Virus record (IMG/VR): IMGVR_UViG_3300023180_000330 | Location: 1 to 26,796 of that record | DNA from: a virus | Lineage: Duplodnaviria > Caudoviricetes | Length of the DNA stretch: 26,796 nucleotides | Direction: 5' to 3' (one strand) | Shown: positions 1-10,400 of the stretch, one piece after another | Layout: every line of letters starts with the position of its first letter | Position numbering within the stretch: position 1 is the first letter of the stretch | Notes under the pieces: generated by a model | What the model saw: the letters and a program-made list of their open reading frames with translations, nothing else | The model's database searches: none | What the model was told of the DNA's origin: nothing | Translations under genes and position numbers: made by a program

Positions 1-432
1 CTACAGTTTTGGAATTGTATGGATTATGGTGTAGTATCAATTCATAAACAATTTATTGGTTCAATGGATTTTGAGTGCTATACTCGCGATCATGGTATAA
101 TGAAAGGTGAATATATTTGCACAATTGACAACTATCATCAAGATTGTGATGTAATTGATTATGCAACCAGTGAAAATCCAGCTGAACATAAGTCTCATAA
201 CCTTATTGAACTTGATAATGGGCAATATGCACTCTATCCAAACAATAGAATGCGTATTTTTGACAATAGTTTGACACCTGTTGAACCCAAAATGCCTGAT
301 TTTAAGGTATCAACTCAATATTATAGTGTTGAAAATGGTTTTGATCGACTTGGAATGGGTCGTGAAGACGAATATTTTTGGAAAACTGCTAAAGAACGCG
401 AAAATTTACCTAAGGAGAACGAAAATGAATGA
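1..432 (+). CDS. Conserved hypothetical protein of T4-like marine phages, 5'-truncated by the window edge
   Basis: Frame 1 is open from base 1 (LQFWNC precedes the Met at 19), so the true start probably lies upstream. The segment HKSHNLIELDNGQYALYPNNR resembles, from memory, a hypothetical protein common in cyanomyoviruses. Function unknown. Confidence 0.8.
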   Translation, partial: LQFWNCMDYGVVSIHKQFIGSMDFECYTRDHGIMKGEYICTIDNYHQDCDVIDYATSENPAEHKSHNLIELDNGQYALYPNNRMRIFDNSLTPVEPKMPDFKVSTQYYSVENGFDRLGMGREDEYFWKTAKERENLPKENENE

Positions 433-577
433 TTTTTTAGACAATTTAGCTAATCATAATCATCAAAAAATGCTTCGTGAAATCTCAAATGATGATTTGA
501 CACCTAAAAAGAAGAAATTGCAACAAGAGGGTGAATTATTTGATCCTCAAAGTGATCCAGAACCACTTTACGAATGA
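425..577 (+). CDS. Small hypothetical protein, 50 aa (MNDFLDNLANHNHQKMLREISNDDLTPKKKK...)
   Basis: Shine-Dalgarno AAGGAG at 412-417 lies 7 nt before ATG 425, and the start overlaps the end of the upstream gene by 8 nt. This start is preferred over the track's 281, which would overlap the upstream CDS by about 150 nt. Confidence 0.7.
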   Translation: MNDFLDNLANHNHQKMLREISNDDLTPKKKKLQQEGELFDPQSDPEPLYE

Positions 578-587
578 GATTTGCCCC

Positions 588-595
588 TATAAATA
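588..595 (+). promoter_or_regulatory. T4-type late promoter (gp55 -10 box)
   Basis: Perfect TATAAATA in the intergenic gap, about 30 nt upstream of the gp25 ATG. Confidence 0.85.
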
Positions 596-624
596 AGTCA
601 GAACTTATAATATAATCGTAAATA

Positions 625-1026
625 ATGCCTTTAGAAAGGGTAAGTCAAGGTTTCAAAGATATTAGTGCATCATTTAAGGCCAATCCCCTTACATATGATG
701 TCATTGCTTTGAATAATGCTTCTGCAATCGCAAGATCTGTTAGAAACATTGTCTTTACTGCTCCTGGTGAAAAGTTTTTTGATCCAGATTTTGGATCAAA
801 CATTAGTCAATCACTGTTTGAAAACATTGATAACATTACTGCAGTGACGATTAGAGATGAAATAGAAAACTCCATCATTAACTATGAACCAAGAGTTTCA
901 TTATCTTCCGTTGTAGTCGATCCTGATTTCGATAACAACGGTTTTAATGTAACTATTATCTACAGAATTATTGGAGTTGATATACCACCTCAACAGTTAG
1001 AGTTTGTATTAGAATCAACTCGATAA
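625..1026 (+). CDS. gp25: Baseplate wedge subunit / sheath initiator, gp25 (GPW/gp25 family)
   Basis: 133 aa with family motifs AIARSVRNIVFTAPGEKFFDPDFGS and IINYEPRV; lies directly upstream of gp6 as in T4-like cyanophages. Confidence 0.93.
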   Translation: MPLERVSQGFKDISASFKANPLTYDVIALNNASAIARSVRNIVFTAPGEKFFDPDFGSNISQSLFENIDNITAVTIRDEIENSIINYEPRVSLSSVVVDPDFDNNGFNVTIIYRIIGVDIPPQQLEFVLESTR

Positions 1027-2958
1027 ATGGCACTAGTAAACTACGCAAATCTGGATTTCGCCCAGATTAAATCTACACTTAGAGAATATCTAAGAAACAA
1101 TTCTAATTTTACGGACTATGACTTTGAAGGGTCTAACCTGTCCACAATTTTAGATGTTTTAGCATACAATACTTACTTGGCATCATACAATGCCAATATG
1201 GTATCAAATGAGTGTTTCATTGATAGCGCAACATTAAGAGAAAATGTTGTTTCGCTTGCAAGAAATATTGGATATACCCCAAGATCAAGAAAAGCTTCAA
1301 GAGCAACTATTAGTTTTTTCGTTGATACTACTGGAATTACCCCAGCACCAACATCAATTACCTTGAATAAGGGCCCAATCGCAACATCGGGTGGTACTTT
1401 TGCTGGAAATTCTTATGTATTCTCCATTATGGATGATATAACCGTTCCTGTAGTGAATGGAGAAGCATCATTTGATACACTACCGATTTATGAAGGAACA
1501 TATATTACTGAATCATATACTTATAGTTCAAGAAACCCAAATCAAAGATTTTTAATCAATAATCCTGGTGCAGATACTGATTTAATCCGTGTTAGAGTAG
1601 GAACAAATAGCTCTACAGCAAAAAGAACCTACACAAAACAAGATAGTTTATTTGATATTGATGGAGATTCAAGAGTTTTCTTCTTACAAGAGGTAGAAGA
1701 TGAAAGATATGAAATAATTTTTGGTGATGGAGTCTTTGGCAAGGCACTAAGCGAAGGAAATGTCGTTGAAATCACCTATTTGGTCACTTCAGGTGGAAGT
1801 TCTAATGGATTGAGTAATTTTACATTCAATGGTCGAATGACTTATGTGAGAAATGGCATTACATATACCATTTCTCAAGGAATTTCAATTCTTACAACTG
1901 ATATTTCTGCTACTGGTGGAGATGTTATTGAAAAAGTAGATTCAATTAAGAAGTTTGCTCCTAGAATCTATGCTTCTCAGAACAGAGCCCTAACTGCAAA
2001 TGATTATGAAACACTAATTCCAACAAAAATCTATCCAGAAACAGAATCTATTTCTGTATTTGGTGGTGAAGAGTTAGTTCCTCCTCAATATGGAAAAGTT
2101 TTTATTAGTATCAAACCAAGAACAGGTGAATTTCTTCCAAATCTCATCAAAGAGAATATTAAGAGAGATTTGAAGAAATATGCAGTTGCAGGAATTGTTC
2201 CTGAAATTTTAGACCTCAAGTATCTTTACCTTGAGGTATCTTCTAAGATTTATTATAATTCAAATCAAGCATCTTCTGCTTCAGAGGTCTCTTCAATTAT
2301 CCAAAATAATGTTGAGTCATATGCAGATTCAAGTGAACTGAATAAGTATGGTGCAAGATTCAAGTATAGTAAATTCTTAAAAATTATTGATGATAGTCAT
2401 GAATCAATCACTTCAAATATCACCGCTGTATCGATGCGTAGAGATGTCAGGGCTGCCCTCAACACCCTTGCAGAGTATTCTATAGGGTTCGGTAATCAAT
2501 TCCATATTTCAAGTATGAGTGGGTATAATATTCGCTCTAGTGCATTCAAGGTTGCTGGTATTACCCAAGATGTTTACATAGGTGATATTCCAAATACTAA
2601 CAGAACGAATGGTTCTTTGTTCTTGTTTACACTTCAAAATCCAAATGCAACTGATCCAACAATTGTTAGAAGAAATGTTGGAAGGGTTGATTATGTGAAA
2701 GGTGTTATTACACTAAACCCAATCAACATTCAATCAACTCAGAAAGTTATTGACGGCCAATCAACAATTCAAATTGTTGTTACACCACAATCAAATGATG
2801 TGATTGGACTGCAAGATTTATATCTACAATTGGATGTCAACAATAGTGTTTTTGAGATGGTAAATGATTCTATTGCTTCTGGGTTAGACCCATCCGCATC
2901 ATCATATGTCGTTTCTTCAAGTTACGACTATAACAGAGGTTTGTTGGTAAGGCCATAA
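1027..2958 (+). CDS. gp6: Baseplate wedge subunit gp6
   Basis: 643 aa with T4 gp6 motifs LDFAQIK, FTDYDFEGSNLSTILDVLAYNTY, FIDSATLRENVVSLARNIGYTPRS, YEIIFGDGVFGK, QNRALTANDYE and YGKVFISIKP. Confidence 0.95.
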   Translation: MALVNYANLDFAQIKSTLREYLRNNSNFTDYDFEGSNLSTILDVLAYNTYLASYNANMVSNECFIDSATLRENVVSLARNIGYTPRSRKASRATISFFVDTTGITPAPTSITLNKGPIATSGGTFAGNSYVFSIMDDITVPVVNGEASFDTLPIYEGTYITESYTYSSRNPNQRFLINNPGADTDLIRVRVGTNSSTAKRTYTKQDSLFDIDGDSRVFFLQEVEDERYEIIFGDGVFGKALSEGNVVEITYLVTSGGSSNGLSNFTFNGRMTYVRNGITYTISQGISILTTDISATGGDVIEKVDSIKKFAPRIYASQNRALTANDYETLIPTKIYPETESISVFGGEELVPPQYGKVFISIKPRTGEFLPNLIKENIKRDLKKYAVAGIVPEILDLKYLYLEVSSKIYYNSNQASSASEVSSIIQNNVESYADSSELNKYGARFKYSKFLKIIDDSHESITSNITAVSMRRDVRAALNTLAEYSIGFGNQFHISSMSGYNIRSSAFKVAGITQDVYIGDIPNTNRTNGSLFLFTLQNPNATDPTIVRRNVGRVDYVKGVITLNPINIQSTQKVIDGQSTIQIVVTPQSNDVIGLQDLYLQLDVNNSVFEMVNDSIASGLDPSASSYVVSSSYDYNRGLLVRP

Positions 2959-2959
2959 A

Positions 2960-4471
2960 ATGACACAGACTAGAATTCCTTTCAAGACCATTGTAAAGAA
3001 TCAACTTCCCAGTTATGTTAGGGATGAGTTTCCTCTTTTGGGGGAATTTTTATCGCAATATTATCTTTCTCAAGAATTTCAGGGCGCTCCTCTTGATTTA
3101 CTACAAAATATTGATCGATATGTTAAGTTAAACAATAACGCAAATGTTACTAAGTCAGTTTTGCTGAGAAATAACATTACATACTATGATGATATCATAT
3201 ATGTGTCAAACACTAATGGTTTTCCCGATGAATATGGATTGATTAAAATTGATGATGAAATTATAACTTATACTGGAAAAAATAGTTTTAGTTTTACTGG
3301 TTGTATTCGTGGTTTCCAAGGTTATTCTCAAAACGATGTAAATGATACTTTTACTTTCTCAAATACTACTTCTAGTAGTCATGCTGCAGAAGCAATTGTA
3401 GAAAATTTAAGTGTTGATTTCTTATTGAGATTCTTTAAGAAAGTAAAGCATCAATTTTTACCTGGACTTGAAGACACTGCATTATCAGATAAAATTGATA
3501 AAAACCTTTTTGTTAAACAAGCAAAGGATTTTTATACATCAAAGGGAACCGATCAGTCTTTTAAGATTTTATTCAAAGCACTGTATGGTGAAGAAGTTAA
3601 TATCATAAAACCTGCGGAAAATCTTTTTTCTCCATCACAATCATTATATAAAATCACAAAGAATATGATTGTTGAGCCAATTTCAGGCAATGTGATGGAT
3701 ACTAAAGGATACACTCTGTATCAATATGAATACAAAGATTTAATTAATAAATCCTACGCACCAATTACTGATGTAGAGCGTGTTCTTGTTGGTGGAGCAA
3801 CTACAGATTATTATAGAATAAGTTTTGATGCAAATTACAATAGAGATCTTCAGTTTGATGGCGCAGAATATGGAGGATTTGTTGCATATCCAAAAACCAA
3901 ACTGATTGGAAACTATACATCCTCCTCTACAACTTTTGATGTTGATTCGACAGTAGGTTTCCCAACTTCTGGAGAGTTGATTGTGACTTATGACGATAGA
4001 ACTACTGGAATTGTTTCATATACATCAAAATCAATAACTCAATTTTATAATGTTAGCGGAATTACAAATACAATCTCGGATAAAAGCACAGTTGGTATCA
4101 ATACTTTTGCTACGGTTAGTTTAGATGATGAAAATATAGTAACTGTTAGAATTGTAAATGTTTTAAGCGATTATCATGTTGGAGAGCAAGTTGGTTGGGT
4201 AAAAGGAAATCCATATTATGGCCCCTATCATATCCATAGAGGAAGAAAAATGGTTGGGGCAAAACATGTTTCAAGTCTACATGATTACATCTATGATACT
4301 AAAGAATCTAGTCTAAAAAATCTTGGAGGAGACACTGCATCAACTTCTGGAACTGGTGGTAGTTCTTCTAGCATATCTGCTTCTACAAGCACATCTTCTA
4401 CATCATCTTTTAGTAGTGGTGGGGGAAGTTCTTCTTCTTCAGGTGGTGGAAGCGGTGGATATGGTTACTAA
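2960..4471 (+). CDS. gp7: Baseplate wedge initiator (gp7-like), N-terminal part, ending in a His-rich segment and Ser/Gly low-complexity tail
   Basis: Occupies the gp7 position after gp6. QLPSYVRDEFPLLGEFLSQYY and KQAKDFYTSKGTDQSFKILFKALYGEEV are typical of the N-terminus of cyanophage gp7-like wedge proteins. The last ~98 aa differ in character from the rest. Confidence 0.8.
   Translation: MTQTRIPFKTIVKNQLPSYVRDEFPLLGEFLSQYYLSQEFQGAPLDLLQNIDRYVKLNNNANVTKSVLLRNNITYYDDIIYVSNTNGFPDEYGLIKIDDEIITYTGKNSFSFTGCIRGFQGYSQNDVNDTFTFSNTTSSSHAAEAIVENLSVDFLLRFFKKVKHQFLPGLEDTALSDKIDKNLFVKQAKDFYTSKGTDQSFKILFKALYGEEVNIIKPAENLFSPSQSLYKITKNMIVEPISGNVMDTKGYTLYQYEYKDLINKSYAPITDVERVLVGGATTDYYRISFDANYNRDLQFDGAEYGGFVAYPKTKLIGNYTSSSTTFDVDSTVGFPTSGELIVTYDDRTTGIVSYTSKSITQFYNVSGITNTISDKSTVGINTFATVSLDDENIVTVRIVNVLSDYHVGEQVGWVKGNPYYGPYHIHRGRKMVGAKHVSSLHDYIYDTKESSLKNLGGDTASTSGTGGSSSSISASTSTSSTSSFSSGGGSSSSSGGGSGGYGY
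4333..4468 (+). repeat. Low-complexity Ser/Gly/Thr coding tract (TCT/AGT/GGT-rich)
   Basis: Translates as TASTSGTGGSSSSISASTSTSSTSSFSSGGGSSSSSGGGSGGYGY. Confidence 0.9.
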
Positions 4472-4474
4472 ATA
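4467..4474 (+). promoter_or_regulatory. T4-type late promoter overlapping the stop codon of the 503-aa ORF
   Basis: ACTAAATA, with TAA 4469-4471 being the stop. The 14-mer TAAATAAGTAAAAA here is identical to the one upstream of gp8 (15736-15749). Lies 23 nt before ATG 4498, with a weak SD (AAGG) at 4489-4492. Confidence 0.75.
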
Positions 4475-4497
4475 AGTAAAAAAGTCTCAAGGCAGAT

Positions 4498-7400
4498 ATG
4501 TCGCAGCAGTTGAATAACAGATACTACGAGAAGGGCGATACCATCCGAGTAAAAACTCTTGGGTTGACAGCTAACGATGCTGCATCCAATACTTGGATTT
4601 TAAATGCTGCAACTACTTACAAAGTAGAAAAATTAGAGAAAATTAATTTAGTTAACTTTAGATATAAACTTACGCTCAATAATGAGCATATTTTTAGAAT
4701 AGGTGATACCCTAAGAATTACTGGAAGTAATTACTCATCAACTTCAAAGGTTTATTCGGTAAACTCTGCAAATCAAATTACAATTGGAGATCAAGGAAAT
4801 TTAGATAGTATCCCTATAGATTCTCTTGTAATTAGAAGAAATATTGTCAAGGGAGATTCGGCAAATTATGATATCTCCCACATTGCAGCAAATGTTCAAA
4901 ATGTATATAAGAAAGGAACTTCTACATTAGTTGCATCTTCTTCTATTCCAAATTCTTCTGGAGAAGATTTATCAATTAGAAAAAATAAACTTACATTTAG
5001 TGGAACATTTCCTTCAACAGGAACTGCTTCCACAGATACATTTAAAATTGTATCATCTGGGGACCATGGATTCTATACTGGAGATCTTGTTTATTACTCC
5101 CCACAAACGATAACAACAACCAATACCGATATTGACGGCAATACGATTACTACTTCAACAGTTCAGACTGGTATTGCTGAAGAAGGAGTGTATTTTGTAA
5201 AGCGTCTTGCAGATTCTACTAGTATTAAGTTAGCTAAGAGTAGATCTCAACTTTATAATGGAGAATACATTTCCACAAAACCAATTTCGGTTACTGACAA
5301 CACTATTGAACTTTATATTCATAAGAATAAAACTCTCAGCAATCAAAAATTGTTTAGGGAGATTCCAGGACAAAATAATGTTCTAAGTGAAACGGTAACA
5401 GAACCTGGAACAAAAAATGGAATACTTCTTAATGGAGTAGAAGTTCTTAACTATAAGTCTCTTGATGGAATTGATTATGGAAAAATTGAATCTATCATCG
5501 TAGATGCATCTGGTAGTGGTTACGATGTGGTTACTCCACCAAATGTTGTTATTTCAGATGCTACTGGAGTCGGTGCGACAGCAAATGCTGTTGTTAGTGG
5601 TTCTTTTGTTAGAATTGACCTATTAGATGGTGGTTTTGATTATATTGAAGATCCTATTGTCGAAATTAGTGGTGGAAATGGAAAAAATGCTTCTGCAAGT
5701 GCCAATACAACTCTAATTGAACATAAGGCAGACTTTAACTCGTCAGAAGTTGACGGTCTTGTTACTATTGCTTCTACTTCTGCTATTGGATTTTCCACAT
5801 ATCATAAGTTTAGAAATTATGAGAGGGTCATCTATCAATCAAATGGTCAGGATGGGATTGCTGGTCTCACTACAGGTGGATTTTATTATGTCAATGTTCA
5901 GAGTCTCACTAATGTTAAATTACACAAAACCAAGGATGATGCCATTTCCGGCATTAATACAGTAGTTTTCACTGGATATGGTTCTGGTAGACATACTCTT
6001 CTTGCAACCGACTTGAAAAAAGTTGTTGCTTCTATCGATGTAGTGAATCCAGGAACCGAATATCAAAATAAAAAGACAACGGTTGTAGGTTTATCAACTG
6101 CACTGAATGAGATTACTATTGAGTCTCATGGATATTCTTCTGGTGAAAAAATTAAATATTCTACCGATTCCTCTGCAATAGGTGGATTAGTTGATGAAAC
6201 AGAATACTATGTCACAGTAATTGATAAAAATATTATTAAGTTATCTTCTGTTGGTCCAAATTCGGATAGAGATTTATATTATAGAACTAAACAGTATGTA
6301 AATATCACATCATTATTTGCTGATGCTGATAATGGAACTCACCATTTTAACTATCCAGAGATTTCAGTATCTGTTATAGGAAAAGTTGGTATTTCTTCTA
6401 TTGGCTCAGAAACTTTCAAAGCAAGAGTTTCGCCAATTGTAAGGGGTGGCATCACTGCGATTAATCTTGCAAGCAAAGGTGTCGGATATGGTTCTTCGGA
6501 AATTCTCAACCATTATAGGGAACCAGATGTATTACTTCAGGTTGGTTCGGATGTTCAATTAACACCTGTCATTGCTAATGGTAAGGTTATTCAAGTAATT
6601 GTGAATAATGGTGGAAAAAATATTAATGCTCGTCCAAAATTAACAGTAAATTCCGAAAGCGGCCAAGGATGTGTAATTACACCTGTTATTTCTGGTGGAC
6701 AAATAACTTCAGTAACCGTTATTAGAGGTGGAACTGGTTATTCCCAATCTGATACTATCATTGATATTGAATATCCAGGATCTCAAGCAGTGTTTAGAAC
6801 AGAATTGCAAAGATGGGTAGTAAATCAGTTTGCAAAAGAATTTTCAAATATATCCTCGGATGACAGTTTTATCACTCTTGGTCTCAATGAAAAAAATGGA
6901 CTTCAGTGTACTAATTTATATGCACCAAGAAATCTGAGAAAAATATTATACCAAAATAATCAAGATGGAACTGTAATATACAACTCACCAGATTTGGTGT
7001 TAGATAATGGTGCGGAAAAGATAACATCAAGAAATCACTCACCAATTATTGGATGGGCATATGATGGAAATCCAATTTATGGACCATTTGGATATTTGAA
7101 GAAGAATGGTGGAACCATTTCTCAGATGAAAACTGGTTATAAACTAAAACTTCAACCAAATAGGCCTCCAGTTTCAGTATTTCCAGAAGGATTTTTTGTT
7201 GAAGATTACGAATATGTAAATTCTGCAAGCGATGCAGTTCTTGATGAAAACAATGGAAGATTCTGCATTACTCCAGAATTTCCAAAGGGAACCTATGCAT
7301 ATTTTGCAACATTATCAGAAAATCCAGAAAGTCAAGGCGTATTCACTAACTATAAAGTTCCAGAGTTTCCATATCTAATTGGCAATGCTTTACAGTCAAA

Positions 7401-10400
7401 ACCTGCAGATCTAAGTTATCTTAAATCATCAAATCATGATGATTATGATGTTGAAGCAAATAATTGGTTAAGAAATACAAAATATTATAATCTGGAGGAA
7501 ACAGAAACTTCTTATGATTATGTTGAGAGTCCATTTAGATTAAACTCTAATCAATTATCAAAAGTTACCTTTGCAACCCCAGGCACTATTGATAATGTGG
7601 GAATTATTACTGGAGGCACAAATTACAAGGTTGGCGACAGTCTGATTTTCAATAATACTGACACTAGTGGATATAATGCTGATGTTAGAGTATCAAAAGT
7701 TGGAGGTAAATCTGTATCGTCTATCAGTTGTGCAACTACATCTATCAATTCTATAGAAGTCGTTCCAACAGGAAAAACCGGAGAATATTCATTCAGTGCA
7801 AGTTCTCCACATGAACTTCTGAATAAAGAGCTTGTTTCTATTGCCGGACTAAGCACAGCAGCAGTTAAATTATCGGGCAAATATAATATTGGAGTCACTA
7901 CTTCTACTTTAGTTCTTAGAGAGGGTGTTGGTAATACTGTATCCACTGGAATCGTAACCTACTTCAATGTTTACGGTGTTGGTATTGATAATATTGTTGA
8001 GAATGATATTTTCAAAATTGGAGACGAAAAAGTAAAAGTTCTCAATATTGACAAAGTATCTTCTAGAATTAGAGTTCTTAGAGAAGTTCTTGGAACTTCT
8101 GGTGCCGCACACACTGCGACAACAATTTTCTATGAGGAACCAAGAAGATTTACTGCTAGAGTAGGATTTAATACATCATTTGATTTCAAACTTAATAAAG
8201 AATTGTATTTTGACCCTCAAAATACTTTAGCACTTGGTATGAGTGCTGGAGTTGGTATTGGGACTACAATTACTTTCGTTAATCCAGGTTCTGGCGCAAC
8301 TAATATATTCCTTCCAACACAGACATTATATTTGCCAGGTCATGGACTTAAAACTGGTGATGAGTTAGTTTACAAACTGAATAATCAAGATGAATCTATT
8401 GGAGTTTCTACAGCAGGAGTTTCTACATTTGCTCTTGCAGATCAACAGAAACTGTTCGTAGCTAAAATCAATGAAGACCAAATTGGTGTTTCTACAGTTA
8501 TAGTTGGTCTAAATTCTACCGGAACATTTGCTGGTATTGGTTCTACCAATGCAAATCAGGGTCTATTATATTTCACAGGATATGGTCAAGGGTCAAATCA
8601 TAGTTTCGTAACAAATTATCCAAATGTAGTTTCAGTATCTGCATTTAAAAATATCGTTACTGTGTCTACCGCAGACACTCATGGATTAACTTTCTCGGAT
8701 AATGTTTATGTTGATGTAAGGCCATCAACTACTACATCTTTTGCAGTTTCTTATAATGATTATAATAATAGAATTGTTATTGATAGGAAAGAAATTTCTG
8801 CAAGCGAAATAAATGTAGAAACAAATGAAATCACGATTGAAAACCATGAATATCAATTAGGACAATCAGTAATTTATACTGCATCAACTCCTGCTGGCGG
8901 TCTAATAGATGAGAAAATTTACTATGTTGTAATTGTTGATAAAGATAAGATTAAACTGTCAGAATCTTATCATGATTCTATCAGTTCAGTTCCAACAATT
9001 GTAGACATTACTTCTGCAACAGATTCGGAAATTTCTCCAATCAATCCACCCGTTAAAGTTTATAAAGAATCTACAGTTGAGTTTGATCTTTCAGATTCTA
9101 GTCTGACCTTTAGCAGAAATTCTGTTAGTTATCCAGCCTTTAAATTTGTATTGTATGCTGATAGCAATTTTGATACAGAGTATGATAAAGTTGCTGATAC
9201 TGAAGATTTTGAAGTATTAACTACCGGAACTGTTGGTGTAGATGGAAAAGTTACTTTAACCGCGAGCAATAAACTTCCAAAAATTCTATATTATAAGTTG
9301 ATTCCCATTTCAAATGATTTGCTCCCAAGGGAAAAGAGTTTAATTGTTTGTGACCCAGAAGTTGTTGGGTATAATCAACTTCAAGTTCTTAATAGCGATT
9401 ATTCTGGAAAGCATAGTGTTTCTATAGAATCTTCAACTTCGTTCAAGTATTTCCTTGAGGAAGTGCCCGAAAGAACATCATACACTTCAAGCACGGCTAT
9501 TATCAATTACAGCACCGATTCCGCAACAGGTATTGGTTCTATTGCTGAATTAAAAACCTTTAACAAAGGCACAAATTATTACAAACTTCCATCAATTGAT
9601 GGAGTTGTTAGCGGAATTGGCTCAAATGCTGTTTTTGAAATTGAAAGTAATACTATAGGTGCTATTAATAAGACAAAACTTAGAGATATTGGTTTTGATT
9701 ATCCATCCGACAAGACACTGAGACCAAGTGCAAAACTTCCTGAAATTATTAAAATTGATAGTTTTGGGGTTCTTGATACTGTTGGAGTTACATCTTATGG
9801 ATATGGATATGGATCAGTTGAACCTAAGATTATTCTGCTTGATGGTGAAACTGGAGAACAAAAGACTGAAGTTGATTTGAGATTAAAATTTGGTTCAAAT
9901 CAACTTGAAATTGTAAATAATACTTATGGAATTTCTCGCACCAATCCAACATTTCTTCCAATTAAAAACACCAATGGCATGGGAATCGGTTCTATGTCAT
10001 ATGATTCTGGAACAAAAAATGTCACTATTACTTTGGCATCTGGAATAACCACTGTTGGCGCGTTCCCATTTGCGATTGGCGATGAAATTATGATTGAAAA
10101 CACTAGTGTTGGAATTGCATCAACTAACTCACAAGGTATTGTTGAGATTGTAAACACTGGTAAGGGTTATAATTCTGAGAACTATAACTATAAGTTATTT
10201 GTTGTTTCTGATGTGAATGAAAATATTGGTGGAATTGGTATTGTAACATTCAGTCTTGATGGATATCTCTCAACTGGAGAATCTCCAGGAACATTTAGTT
10301 CTTCTAGATCTGCTGGAAGAATTATTCCCAAAAAGCATTTTCCAACTTTTGATGTTACTCTAACAACAACTGACTTTATCGTTGGTGAAAATATTATTTC

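Noticed and set aside
281-424. 5' extension of the 98-aa ORF in the track
   Set aside because: Overlaps the upstream CDS in another frame; the SD-supported ATG at 425 is a better start.
619-624. TAAATA immediately before the gp25 ATG
   Set aside because: Too close to the start codon to produce a transcript containing it; the perfect box at 588-595 explains expression.
4469-4497. Programmed frameshift or readthrough joining the two gp7 ORFs at the A6G run (4478-4484)
   Set aside because: The run lies after the first ORF's stop and is not in slippery-heptamer phase for that frame; joining would need both readthrough and a shift.
4175-4497. Group I intron, intein, homing endonuclease or IS as the interrupting element
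   Set aside because: No recognisable group I core, intein termini, endonuclease or transposase motifs, or terminal inverted repeats by eye, and the segment is an in-frame coding extension. A covariance-model search would settle it.
4176-4512. Possible degenerate target-site duplication (ATGTTGGAGAGCAAGTTG vs ATGTCGCAGCAGTTG)
   Set aside because: Needs two gaps and two mismatches over 18 nt; could easily be chance.
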